Assembly: GCA_043817405.1 (NCBI GenBank)
Contig: JBDRGV010000051.1
Coordinates: 1,960 to 65,959 of the forward strand
Source: an archaeon
GTDB lineage: Archaea > Nanobdellota > Nanobdellia > Woesearchaeales > GCA-2686295
DNA: 64,000 nt
Direction: 5' to 3'
Part shown: one piece after another, positions 27,578-36,224 of the stretch
Layout: each line of letters opens with the position of its first letter
How positions within the stretch are numbered: the stretch's first letter is position 1
Program-made: the position numbers and the translations under genes
Notes under the pieces: model-generated
The model's database searches: none
Told to the model about the DNA's origin: nothing
Seen by the model: the letters and a program-made list of their open reading frames with translations, nothing else

Positions 27578-27982
27578 ATGAATCAACAAGCAGTAAATCA
27601 TGGTCAAGAATTTGATGAATCAGTTGCTAAATATAATGAATGGTTAGCATCATCAGAAGATTCAAAAGTTCAGAGAAGAAATAATTGGAAAGATTTCCTT
27701 AAAGGCATGGGTTCTGTTTTAGATATTTTTGGTAATTATTTTAGTAAAAAAAATATGAATGGTCACCCACTATATTCTAGAGTTGATTTGACAGCTGAAC
27801 AAAAAGATTCCATCGGACTTGCTTCTGATTGGCAAAGAGTTGATAGAAATTTAGATAAAATTATTTTAGGTGATTCATCAAATGGAGATATTTCTGTTGA
27901 AGATGCAAAAGCTGGAAAACAGCTGATTCAACAAATGTATGATAATTATAAGAATGTTTATATTTCTCACACCTTAAAATAA
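27578..27982 (+). CDS. Hypothetical protein
   Basis: 134-aa ORF. Confidence 0.4.
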   Translation: MNQQAVNHGQEFDESVAKYNEWLASSEDSKVQRRNNWKDFLKGMGSVLDIFGNYFSKKNMNGHPLYSRVDLTAEQKDSIGLASDWQRVDRNLDKIILGDSSNGDISVEDAKAGKQLIQQMYDNYKNVYISHTLK

Positions 27983-28057
27983 TAACTTCTCTTTTTGAAA
28001 CTTCTTCACTTCGTAAAAAGTAACAAATATTATAAAGTAAAAGATTATTTTATTATT

Positions 28058-28909
28058 ATGAAAGCAACAGAATTATACAAAAAGCTTGAGAAAGAATTCA
28101 TTACTTCTGAAATGAGTGATGACTGGGCTGAACGCATGGAGTCCATTAAGAATTTTCTTAGTGAGAACTACAGAAAGAGGTCAATGGGTTTAGTTTGTGA
28201 TTTTGCAACAAAAATAAATAAAGTTTATACAGCTGTTTTTCCATCAAACAAAGTCATGCAGAGAATTCTTGACGATGAAGTTCAAGATGCCATGCTATTT
28301 GTTCACCACCCCGCTATTTGGGATATTAGAAATGCTCCAGAAGTTTTTCAGCAAATGGATGGAGAACTATTGCAGAAGTTTAAAGATAGAAGAATTTCAA
28401 TTTACAATTTACATGTGCCTCTGGATAATTTTGGAGAATATTCAACTTCCGTGACATTGGCAAAAGCTGTCGATGTTAAACCAGGAAAAGCTTTTGGTCC
28501 TTACTTCGGATCCTTATGCGGTGTATTTGGAAAGACCTCCATTGTGACGGTTCAAGATTTAAAAACTAAATATGAAGAAGCTGTCAGACACGAAGTAAAG
28601 CTGTATAACTATGGAACTGATGAAATTAAAGATGGAATGGTTGCAGTTATCGGTGGTGGTGGAAACATGATTGAAATGCTAGAAGAAATAAAAAAAGAAG
28701 GAGTTAATACTTTTGTAACCGGGATTAGCAGTGTAAATTATCATTCTAAAGCATCGCATGAATTCACTGAAAAAAATAAAATAAATATTTTGGGCGGAAC
28801 ACATTACTCTTCTGAAAAGTTTGCCTGCATAGCAATGGTTGATTACTTTAAGAGAGAAAAATTGGATTCTGAATTTGTAGAAGATGAAGCTGTAATGGAA
28901 GATATGTAG
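28058..28909 (+). CDS. Nif3-family (DUF34) dinuclear metal-centre protein
   Basis: LFVHHPAIW and ILGGTHYSSEKFA (the GHYxTE-like motif). Start moved to the internal ATG (MKATELYKK). Confidence 0.7.
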   Translation: MKATELYKKLEKEFITSEMSDDWAERMESIKNFLSENYRKRSMGLVCDFATKINKVYTAVFPSNKVMQRILDDEVQDAMLFVHHPAIWDIRNAPEVFQQMDGELLQKFKDRRISIYNLHVPLDNFGEYSTSVTLAKAVDVKPGKAFGPYFGSLCGVFGKTSIVTVQDLKTKYEEAVRHEVKLYNYGTDEIKDGMVAVIGGGGNMIEMLEEIKKEGVNTFVTGISSVNYHSKASHEFTEKNKINILGGTHYSSEKFACIAMVDYFKREKLDSEFVEDEAVMEDM

Positions 28910-28939
28910 GGTTTCGAAAATATTTTTTGTAGTCAACAC

Positions 28940-29356
28940 TTAGCATGCTCTTAACGCTTTCAGGAAGTCATCTTTCGTCTTATTCTTAAATTTACCCTTT
29001 TCATAATTTTTCCAGAGTTTCTCCACTCTCTCTGCAAAGATTAAGTCTTCTTTTGATTCCTCTATGACTGTTTTTAAACATTCGTTAAATGATTTCATTA
29101 ATAACTTAACCTTGTTATTTCTAATGTTAAGAACATATAATTGCGTACCACTTACTACTCTTGATTTATTTATTATATTTTCTTCTTCTAGTTCTCTTAT
29201 AAGCTCATATAATTTGGGTTTTGAAATATTGATTTCTTCCAGGATATCTCCAGCTGCAAAGTCTAATTCTCCCAATTCAAGGATGAATTCTACAACTCTG
29301 TTTCTTAAAGTTTTTCCATAAAGCTGAGAAAAAGCTCCAAATTTTGTTTCTTTCAT
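28940..29356 (-). CDS. Winged-helix transcriptional regulator
   Basis: LRNRVVEFILELGELDFAAGDILEEINISKPKLYELIRELEEENII is wHTH-like. Confidence 0.5.
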   Translation of the reverse strand: MKETKFGAFSQLYGKTLRNRVVEFILELGELDFAAGDILEEINISKPKLYELIRELEEENIINKSRVVSGTQLYVLNIRNNKVKLLMKSFNECLKTVIEESKEDLIFAERVEKLWKNYEKGKFKNKTKDDFLKALRAC

Positions 29357-29507
29357 AATTTTAGTTTGTTTTCGATTTCTACCGATATTAAAGCTTTATT
29401 CATAGTTAATTTTAGTTAACTATCAGTTAATAATAATTAACTCTCCTTTATAAATATTTCTATTATTACTAAAATATTAATGGTTATTAAGTGTTACTGT
29501 AGAAAAA

Positions 29508-29521
29508 CCGGAAATTCTCCG
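29508..29521. promoter_or_regulatory. CCGGAAAT-nn-TCCG motif, copy 1 (ccggaaattctccg)
   Basis: Intergenic, upstream of wHTH regulator 28940..29356. Confidence 0.35.
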
Positions 29522-29573
29522 AAAATTCTTTATTAAACATCTATTAATTTAATGAATCTTTAAAGTCTTGTTT

Positions 29574-30491
29574 TTATGCAAATTCATACTGCTTTATGTA
29601 TTCTTCATAGCAAAACTTACAGATGGCTTCTTTTTTTCCTCTTTTAGAATTATTTAATGCAGTTATATAACTTGATTTTCTTGTGGCCCTAATTGCTAAC
29701 GGCATTAAATCTTTGTTCATTAACAACCAATTTAATAAAAGTCTACCGACCCTTCCATTTCCATCTATAAAAGGGTGAATTATCTCAAATTGAGAGTGAG
29801 ATTGAAAAGCTATTTCAAATTCATTCATACTCTTGAAAGCTTTTTTTATCCACTTTAAAAGCTGTTTCATTCTTTCTTCAACAAACAAGAAAGAAGTTGT
29901 GAGTTCATCTCCCGCATAGTTTTGAGCTTTCTTGTATTTTCCCAAAGTTTCATCTGATTCTATATCTTCATTGACTAACGCATGCAACATCAACAAGGCA
30001 TTTTCATTCGGTAAAGAATCTTTGTTATTCTCAACATAGGTCCAAGCTTTTAGCATATTGGAAGCCATGTACAGCTCTTTTTTTGTATGATTATTTGGAA
30101 CTGCGTCTGCAAACAAATAATTAAAAGTCTCACCAGGAGTCATAGTAGATCCTTCTATTTCATTACTATTGGCTATGAATACACTAAGAAATCTCTCTTT
30201 GGATTTCTCAACTGAGACTTCATCTAAAGAATCTAAATATTTCTTTTGTTCAGCAGATAGTTTTTTCATTTCTTCATGTTTTTTATAAGATAACTCATCT
30301 TTGAAATCAACCAAAATCCAATCTTCCTCTTTGTAAGAATATTTCATACACTCAAATTCTTCTTTTGGAACCGCTCTTTTTTTGCCAATATATTTTATGG
30401 TCTTTTGAATTACTTTGTCTTTTTTACGTATAGAATCAACTAGATAAAGATACTCGTTTCCATTTATTTTCTTTGTAACAATACTGACCAT
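29574..30491 (-). CDS. Fic/Doc family protein (AMPylase-like)
   Basis: HPFIDGNGRVGRLLLNWLL is the canonical Fic motif HPFx(D/E)GNGRxxR. Confidence 0.8.
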   Translation of the reverse strand: MVSIVTKKINGNEYLYLVDSIRKKDKVIQKTIKYIGKKRAVPKEEFECMKYSYKEEDWILVDFKDELSYKKHEEMKKLSAEQKKYLDSLDEVSVEKSKERFLSVFIANSNEIEGSTMTPGETFNYLFADAVPNNHTKKELYMASNMLKAWTYVENNKDSLPNENALLMLHALVNEDIESDETLGKYKKAQNYAGDELTTSFLFVEERMKQLLKWIKKAFKSMNEFEIAFQSHSQFEIIHPFIDGNGRVGRLLLNWLLMNKDLMPLAIRATRKSSYITALNNSKRGKKEAICKFCYEEYIKQYEFA

Positions 30492-30500
30492 TTTGTTATT

Positions 30501-30513
30501 TAACCACTACATA
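30501..30513. promoter_or_regulatory. TGTAG box (taaccactacata), TATA-adjacent copy in the Fic-1 promoter; second copy at about 30565-30577
   Basis: The minus strand reads TTTATAAATATGTAGTGGTTAAA + about 9 nt + ATG of Fic-1. The same 13-mer repeats about 64 nt further upstream. Confidence 0.35.
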
Positions 30514-30670
30514 TTTATAAATCTTTCGACTAAAACAAAAAAAAGTTAGAAAAAAATAAGGTTTTTAACCACTACATAAAGAAAATCATCCAGCAACCCT
30601 CGAAAGAATCACTGTGGATCATTTTAATAATAATAGTATTATAATATTTATAAAATTTATTGAAAAATCA

Positions 30671-30684
30671 CCGGAAATCTTCCG
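30671..30684. promoter_or_regulatory. CCGGAAAT-nn-TCCG motif, copy 2 (ccggaaatcttccg)
   Basis: Intergenic, upstream region of Fic 29574..30491. Confidence 0.35.
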
Positions 30685-30745
30685 ATTTGTTAAACTTTAT
30701 TCTGAGACAACTTCAGCAATGTTTTCACACTGTTTTAATTTTCCT

Positions 30746-31219
30746 TTATTCATAAAGTAGATTAGTGTCAGTATTGTCTTTCTTATATTCAACTGAGAAA
30801 AAAGAAACATTTGATGAATCTCCAAGTTCTCTCTTAAGATATTTTCGCATTTTTTTTATTTCTTTTTTTGTAAGGTTGTCGATGGAAAATTCAATATCTC
30901 CGCGAGTATAAATGTCTGCCATTAAAGGCGATTTCTCAAACGATATATCGGGCTTTTTCTGCTGTAGCATTTTTCCCACAACAGAATAAAAATTACTTGC
31001 CTGCTCAGCAAAAAAAGGAATAGTGTTGCCTGTTTCTATAATATCTATATTTGCGTCTTTTTGGTTCGGAAAATACAACAATGCATAAGTGTCATTAGTA
31101 CCGGGAGATGAAACCTTCAAAGCATACAAGAAAACATCTGATTCACTTTGAGCTATTTCTGATTTTAACTTTTCTTCATCAAGGTCTCTAATCAACCTCA
31201 AAAGTGTTGCTTTAGGCAT
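30746..31219 (-). CDS. Hypothetical protein (start re-called)
   Basis: CTTTATAT lies about 27 nt upstream of the ATG (MPKATLLRLIRD), giving a leaderless geometry. The ORF-track start at 31408 would run through the promoter motif. Confidence 0.4.
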   Translation of the reverse strand: MPKATLLRLIRDLDEEKLKSEIAQSESDVFLYALKVSSPGTNDTYALLYFPNQKDANIDIIETGNTIPFFAEQASNFYSVVGKMLQQKKPDISFEKSPLMADIYTRGDIEFSIDNLTKKEIKKMRKYLKRELGDSSNVSFFSVEYKKDNTDTNLLYE

Positions 31220-31254
31220 TTTAAGAAAAGAAAAGCAGTTATGCATATAAAGCT

Positions 31255-31273
31255 TTCCGGAAATCTTCCGGAA
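31255..31273. promoter_or_regulatory. CCGGAAAT-nn-TCCG motif, copy 3 (ttccggaaatcttccggaa), abutting the TATA box of gene 30746..31219
   Basis: Longest and most palindromic copy. Sits immediately upstream of CTTTATAT at the BRE position. Confidence 0.4.
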
Positions 31274-31296
31274 TTTATTATAAAAGCTATATAAAC

Positions 31297-31665
31297 TTGT
31301 TTCTAAGACAGATTGATTATGAAAATAAACAAAAAAGTTGGATTGAAACAACAAGCATAATTTTGGTTTTAATTTTTGGTTTGTCTTATTACATTTTGTT
31401 ACTATCATTTTTTAGTCATTATGTTGGGAAAGCAGGCATTCTAATGACTAAATTGTATGAAAACAATAAGAAAGTTTTTGTGGTTGTTAGTACCTTAGTT
31501 TTTTTTGGGATTATGTTTCCTATTCTAAGTCAACCTTTAGGTTCTGAAAAAGTTTTTGAAATATACTGTTATGTAATATTAGCAGGTATAGTTACGTATG
31601 TCGTTACATGGTTAGCGAAAGAAAAAGATTCTACTACAAAAGATAAAATAAAAAAAGTCAAATAA
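31297..31665 (+). CDS. Small membrane protein (TTG start; alternative ATG at 31444)
   Basis: Three hydrophobic segments; start uncertain. Confidence 0.3.
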   Translation: MFLRQIDYENKQKSWIETTSIILVLIFGLSYYILLLSFFSHYVGKAGILMTKLYENNKKVFVVVSTLVFFGIMFPILSQPLGSEKVFEIYCYVILAGIVTYVVTWLAKEKDSTTKDKIKKVK

Positions 31666-31765
31666 AGTGTTAAATCATGTATAATTTTATTCTACCCCCA
31701 TCCCCTACAAGTACCTTTTCTCCAAACCAAAACTCTTAAAAACCACCATCCCTTTTCTTTTTCCA

Positions 31766-32284
31766 ATGAACGTAAAATCCGCAATCCAATCTCGAAGAAG
31801 CATTCGTAAGTACAAAGATAAACCTGTTCCAGATAAACTCATAAATGAAATAATAAACTCAGCTCGTTTAGCGCCTTCTGGCAACAACATTCAGCCTTCT
31901 AAATACTTAATTATTAAAGATGAGAAAACTAAAAAGGAACTAAAAGATAACAAAGTAATTAGAGATGGCTGGGAATACAAGGCTCCAGTAATAATCGTTT
32001 GTTGCACCAATCCAGAAGCATACACTAAAAGAGACAAAAATTGGGATGAAGAAAATAAAATAAGGGCAATAAGAGATCTATCAATAGCTTCTTCATATCT
32101 AATGCTTCAAGCAACTGAATTAAAACTTGGTACTTGCTATGTTGGCTGGATTGATAAAGAAAAAATAAAAGAAGTTCTTAAAATTCCTAAACATTACATT
32201 GTACCCTACATAATTACATTAGGTTATCCTGATGAATCTCCAGGACCCAGACCTAGAAAAGAAATGAATGAAATAATTCTGTAG
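31766..32284 (+). CDS. Nitroreductase family protein
   Basis: RRSIRKYKDKPV...ARLAPSGNNIQP is the nitroreductase N-terminal signature. 172 aa. Confidence 0.75.
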   Translation: MNVKSAIQSRRSIRKYKDKPVPDKLINEIINSARLAPSGNNIQPSKYLIIKDEKTKKELKDNKVIRDGWEYKAPVIIVCCTNPEAYTKRDKNWDEENKIRAIRDLSIASSYLMLQATELKLGTCYVGWIDKEKIKEVLKIPKHYIVPYIITLGYPDESPGPRPRKEMNEIIL

Positions 32285-32287
32285 GAT

Positions 32288-32303
32288 TTCCGGAAATTAC
32301 TCC
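32288..32303. promoter_or_regulatory. CCGGAAAT-nn-TCC motif, copy 4 (ttccggaaattactcc)
   Basis: Intergenic, between the nitroreductase and the MNT-HEPN operon. Confidence 0.3.
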
Positions 32304-32387
32304 AAAAGAATTAAGGATTAATATTTATAAAGTTAAGCACACAAAAACCGATAACTTTAAATATCAGTTGAGAATATTAGTTATCAA

Positions 32388-32918
32388 ATGGTTATTAAAG
32401 ATATCAAAAATAAAATTGCAGAATACTTTTTCCTAAATCCGACAATAAAACTAAGAGTCAGAGAAATAGAAAGAAAAACAAAAACAGCCCTCCCATCAGT
32501 TATTCGCTACACTCGAGAACTTGAAGAAGAAGACATCCTGAAAAGCCAAAACATTTCAAATGTAAAGCTTTACTCCGCAGACAGAGCATCAAAAAAATTT
32601 CTACTCGGGAAAAAAATTTACAACTTGAAACGAGTTTTTAATACAGGACTAGTGAATTACCTTATAAAAGAATACGACAACTCACCAATAATACTATTTG
32701 GATCATACTCGAAAGGAGAAGACATAGAAGATAGTGATATAGACTTGTACATAGAAAGCCCAAGCAAAACTAAAGCTAAAATAGAAAAATATGAAAAAGA
32801 ACTTCAGAGAGACATTCAGATATTTAAATACAACAAATTTAAAGAAATAGAAAACAAAGAACTAGCAAACAACATAATAAACGGAACAATACTACATGGA
32901 TTCATAGAGGTGTTTTAG
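32388..32918 (+). CDS. Minimal nucleotidyltransferase (MNT) with N-terminal HTH
   Basis: LFGSYSKGEDIEDSDIDLYIE matches GSxxxGxxxxxSDIDL. The stop is adjacent to the start of the HEPN gene. Confidence 0.7.
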   Translation: MVIKDIKNKIAEYFFLNPTIKLRVREIERKTKTALPSVIRYTRELEEEDILKSQNISNVKLYSADRASKKFLLGKKIYNLKRVFNTGLVNYLIKEYDNSPIILFGSYSKGEDIEDSDIDLYIESPSKTKAKIEKYEKELQRDIQIFKYNKFKEIENKELANNIINGTILHGFIEVF

Positions 32919-33338
32919 ATGAAAGAAAGCTGTTGGAATGACTGCATAGAGTCAAATTCCTCAATAAAAATTACATCCGACAAAGCAAAAGCAATATCTC
33001 TAATCGAAACAGCAGAAGGGAGAATTGTTTATTTAAAAGAAGCAATCATAAAAGAAGAAACCGCGAATTATATATTTGAAAGTATCTACACATCAATTCT
33101 AGAATTACTCCATGCTTTGACACTTAAAGAAGGATACAAAGTCCAAAATCATATTTGTCTGGGATTCTACCTAAAAGACGTGTTAAAAAAAGACGACTTA
33201 TTCAGAACATTCGATGATTTACGCTACAAAAGAAACTCAATAACATACTACGGAAAAAGAATGAATTATGAAACCGCAAAGAAAGCAATAGCAGATGCCA
33301 AGAAACTAATAGAAAAAATCAAACAGATAAATTCTTAA
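32919..33338 (+). CDS. HEPN-domain protein (partner of MNT)
   Basis: All-helical, 139 aa. DLRYKRNSITYYG sits at the position of the HEPN Rx4-6H motif, with Tyr in place of His. Confidence 0.5.
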   Translation: MKESCWNDCIESNSSIKITSDKAKAISLIETAEGRIVYLKEAIIKEETANYIFESIYTSILELLHALTLKEGYKVQNHICLGFYLKDVLKKDDLFRTFDDLRYKRNSITYYGKRMNYETAKKAIADAKKLIEKIKQINS

Positions 33339-33420
33339 TAATTATATCCTTCAACTCATATGCCCAACCAAAACCTTTATTCCTATCCTCACCAAACCAC
33401 CAGCTTAAAAAACAACAAAA

Positions 33421-33500
33421 TCTTTCTTCTTTTAATGAACGTAAAAACTGCCATCGAATCTCCAAAACCAAGACCTAGAAATAAAATAATTCTTCAATCT
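33421..33500 (+). pseudogene. Decayed partial duplicate of the nitroreductase gene (N-terminal start joined to C-terminal end)
   Basis: aatgaacgtaaaaactgccatcgaatctcc matches the 31766 start ATGAACGTAAAATCCGCAATCCAATCTCG. ccaagacctagaaataaaataattct matches its 3' end ccagacctagaaaagaaatgaatgaaataattctg. The upstream aaaccaccagc box is also copied. Confidence 0.45.
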
Positions 33501-33856
33501 TCTCTGTGATTCAACATATACATTGTGCCTAATGACAAATATATACAATCCAATAACATCATCTCAATTCCTATAAAACTAATCAAAGATACTTTTTTTT
33601 CTTCTTTATGATGTGCAACTCTTTCTTCCATAAAATTTTCATCTGATTCATATGCTAGTTTTCTTGCTGCAACTGAATCTGCATATGCAATGTCTTTTTC
33701 CAATTGAGATTCAGAATATTCTCTCAGACATTCATATATAACTTCAGGGTCTCACAAAAGGAGCAATGAAAACTTCTGAAATCACAAAGCACACACTATC
33801 AAACATCTATGTTGCAGAAAAGTTCTTGGATGTAAAGTTTGAGATAGAAGGGAAAG

Positions 33857-34303
33857 TTATTCGGGTTGATTAGTAAGTTTCTTTTCAGATTTCTTTCGTT
33901 TTTTTTCTCGTCGAGCATCATATATTGTAACACTTAAAAGTTGCAACCATAAAGTTCCTCCACCTATCCAGCCGATAATCGCTCCTTTCTTTTTTTCATT
34001 TTGATAAATATTATTCTCTGAAATATAAGCTTCATTTGTTTCTAGTTTTTGTTTTTCATGTTTAAGAGAGTCAACATATGACAAATCGATTTTCACTTGT
34101 TCTGACAAATAAGTTTCAAGATTATTATATGGAACAGTTATTGAATAATTCAGTTTTTGTTCTAATTTTTGAAATTTCCTAACTAGTGGTGGAGAATAAG
34201 TTTTGTAAAGACCATACGTCAAAATAGTAAAAGACACAGCTAAAGTAGAAAGAAATAATTTTTCACCTGAAGAAAACCAACTATTCTTTTTTTCTTTATT
34301 CAT
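33857..34303 (-). CDS. Membrane protein
   Basis: Two TM segments; 148 aa. Confidence 0.4.
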   Translation of the reverse strand: MNKEKKNSWFSSGEKLFLSTLAVSFTILTYGLYKTYSPPLVRKFQKLEQKLNYSITVPYNNLETYLSEQVKIDLSYVDSLKHEKQKLETNEAYISENNIYQNEKKKGAIIGWIGGGTLWLQLLSVTIYDARREKKRKKSEKKLTNQPE

Positions 34304-34340
34304 AAAAAAGCATTAATAGAATAACACATATTAACATTAT

Positions 34341-34363
34341 ATCGATATATACCTATAGATTTC
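34341..34363. promoter_or_regulatory. Near-palindromic operator-like element, copy 1 (atcgatatatacctatagatttc)
   Basis: Core ctataggtatatacctatag is a perfect 20-nt palindrome; each copy carries an overlapping half. This copy is upstream of membrane gene 33857..34303. Confidence 0.4.
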
Positions 34364-34826
34364 AAAAAGGCCTATAATGTTTGTGAGATGAAATGAAAGG
34401 AAGATTCCAAAAACTCAAATCATTATATTTAGCGTATTCTATAAGTTGGCAAAAAGAAAAAAGGCCTAAAGTGTAAGAAAGACCTAGATAAACACTAGCA
34501 AAAATTGAATCTTTAAAATCATCTTTCTTTATATCATCCAAAACTCCTAAATTTTCAATCTCTTCTTTTTGTTCTTTTAAGTTTTCAAAATTTATTGTTA
34601 GACCTTCTTTATCAACAATTTCTTCAAAAGAAGAATAATACTCTAAATTATTCATAGTGCTAACAATTTTATTGTACTTATCAAGTAAAGGATCTGAAGG
34701 TTCAGAAATATAATAAGCAGAGTGAATAAACAAAGGAATAGATAAAATAAACGCAGAGCCATAAACTCTTAATGGATGTTTTTTAATTGTCTCTTCTAAA
34801 CTTTTATATAATTTTTTAATACCCAT
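34362..34826 (-). CDS. Membrane protein
   Basis: Hydrophobic segments. TTTATAC lies 25 nt upstream of the ATG. Confidence 0.4.
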   Translation of the reverse strand: MGIKKLYKSLEETIKKHPLRVYGSAFILSIPLFIHSAYYISEPSDPLLDKYNKIVSTMNNLEYYSSFEEIVDKEGLTINFENLKEQKEEIENLGVLDDIKKDDFKDSIFASVYLGLSYTLGLFSFCQLIEYAKYNDLSFWNLPFISSHKHYRPF

Positions 34827-34863
34827 AAAAAAAGAAGAGACAAAGAATAGTATAAACCTTCTA

Positions 34864-34885
34864 TCGACATATACCTATAGATTCT
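34864..34885. promoter_or_regulatory. Near-palindromic operator-like element, copy 2 (atcgacatatacctatagattc)
   Basis: Sits immediately upstream of the TATA box (TTTATAC) of gene 34362..34826. Confidence 0.4.
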
Positions 34886-35522
34886 CATTCAAAAAAGGCA
34901 TTACTTTCTTTTCAGCGACACGAATGTGAAACTGAAAAGTAGAATAGGAAACACCTGCAATTTTAGCAAGTGATTTCAAATCAATCTTTCTCGGATAGTT
35001 ATAGTAATTATTTTGAATTGCTATCTGCAAACAATTTCTCTGTTTTTTAGTAAGATCTGGAAATACATTCAAGGTTTGCACATTGTTTATTTTCTTTTGT
35101 TTTATCCAATGAAGCTTTGCATTAAACTTTCCATAGGATTTTATTATCTTCATCAATTTCTCTTTATCCCATGAAGCCAGTTCAAAAACATAGGTTCCTT
35201 CTCTGTTAACCATTGAAGGCTTTATTTGAAAAACGCCTGCTTGAAAAAAATCCTTGTTGGCAATATGTTGTTTTGCCCTTGCAATAAGCAGATTATTCTC
35301 ATACTCCAGATTCAGTGTTCTCTTATCTTTTTTCATGTCAGAAATAAAACTCTTAACCCCTTTTTCAGAACCAAGCAATTGACTCGTTGCAGTAACTTCA
35401 ATGTAATCATCAAAGACTTTACTGGAAACAGGATAAGCTAAAACAACGACCTTATGCTTTCTGGCCAAATTACTTGCTAAAGCATTCTCATTCCAAGGAA
35501 CCGATAGTTTCATTACCCACAT
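34875..35522 (-). CDS. HTH_10 (Bat/COG3413-like) archaeal transcriptional regulator
   Basis: C-terminal LTKKQRNCLQIAIQNNYYNYPRKIDLKSLAKIAGVSYSTFQFHIRVAEKKVM is the HTH_10 signature. Confidence 0.55.
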   Translation of the reverse strand: MWVMKLSVPWNENALASNLARKHKVVVLAYPVSSKVFDDYIEVTATSQLLGSEKGVKSFISDMKKDKRTLNLEYENNLLIARAKQHIANKDFFQAGVFQIKPSMVNREGTYVFELASWDKEKLMKIIKSYGKFNAKLHWIKQKKINNVQTLNVFPDLTKKQRNCLQIAIQNNYYNYPRKIDLKSLAKIAGVSYSTFQFHIRVAEKKVMPFLNENL

Positions 35523-35523
35523 G

Positions 35524-35545
35524 AACTATAGGTATATACCGAGAT
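35524..35545. promoter_or_regulatory. Near-palindromic operator-like element, copy 3 (inverted; aactataggtatataccgagat), abutting the start codon of the HTH_10 regulator
   Basis: Directly adjacent to the ATG of 34875..35522. Candidate autoregulatory site. Confidence 0.4.
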
Positions 35546-35562
35546 TTAAAAATCTAATGCTC

Positions 35563-36111
35563 TCAAAAAACATGCCCCAACAGCACCTTAACCCCTATCC
35601 CAATCAAAACTATTCCTCCTACCAGCATGCTCACTTTTGGTTTGAACTTTAATTTACTTCCAAAGAATAATGCAAATGTTCCTACCATAAACACCACTAG
35701 TCCAACTATTATTGCAGAACTCCATAGTTCTATGTTTATTATACTAAAGGTTATCCCCAAAGCCAACGCGTCTATGCTTGTTGCTATGGATACTAACATC
35801 AATGGTTTCCATTCAGTCCATTTTATCGTAATCTCTTTTTCTTTTGAGAAACTCATTAGTATCATTCTTATTCCTATGAATAATAACAGTCCAAAAGCAA
35901 CCCAGTGGTCAAATCCTTGCATATGATCTAAGAAAGAAGTTGATAACAAATAACCAATAACTAGCATTATAAAGTGAAATACTCCAAAAGATAAAGGAAT
36001 TATCAAATCTTTAAAATTTATTTTCTTTGAAAAAGAACCTATTACAGTAGATACTGCAAATATATCCATCGATAAGGCCAAAGCCGTTAAAAAAACAAAT
36101 CCAACATCCAT
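35563..36111 (-). CDS. mntP: Manganese efflux pump MntP (DUF204)
   Basis: LALSMDIFAVS and SIATSIDALALGITFS, the paired MntP half-motifs. Six TMs; 182 aa. Confidence 0.7.
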   Translation of the reverse strand: MDVGFVFLTALALSMDIFAVSTVIGSFSKKINFKDLIIPLSFGVFHFIMLVIGYLLSTSFLDHMQGFDHWVAFGLLLFIGIRMILMSFSKEKEITIKWTEWKPLMLVSIATSIDALALGITFSIINIELWSSAIIVGLVVFMVGTFALFFGSKLKFKPKVSMLVGGIVLIGIGVKVLLGHVF

Positions 36112-36173
36112 AGAATAAACAAATAGTTGTTTCTTATATAAAGTTAACTAGAATATCCACACTAAAATTATAA

Positions 36174-36212
36174 GTGTCTACAAAAACAAAAAAGTTTATA
36201 AATGTAGACACC
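36174..36212 (+). repeat. Direct repeat copy 1 flanking Fic-2 (gtgtctaca-N21-tgtagacacc; contains TTTATAAA). Acts as the Fic-2 promoter/operator
   Basis: 9-bp inverted arms gtgtctaca / tgtagacac around a TATA box. ATG at 36225. Confidence 0.45.
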
Positions 36213-36224
36213 TTATAATTATTT

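Noticed and set aside
30746-31408. Full 220-aa version of the minus-strand ORF
   Set aside because: The 5' 63 codons overlap the CCGGAAAT motif and TATA box. The shorter form starting at MPKAT (31219) has correct leaderless promoter spacing.
33494-33703. 69-aa minus-strand ORF in the decayed region after the HEPN gene
   Set aside because: Lies within the rearranged pseudogene-rich spacer; no start context or motif.
33750-33872. Short plus-strand ORF (MKTSEITKHTLSNIYVAEKFLDVKFEIEGKVIRVD)
   Set aside because: Only 35 aa, with no RBS or TATA box at proper spacing. Possibly another gene remnant, but unsupported.
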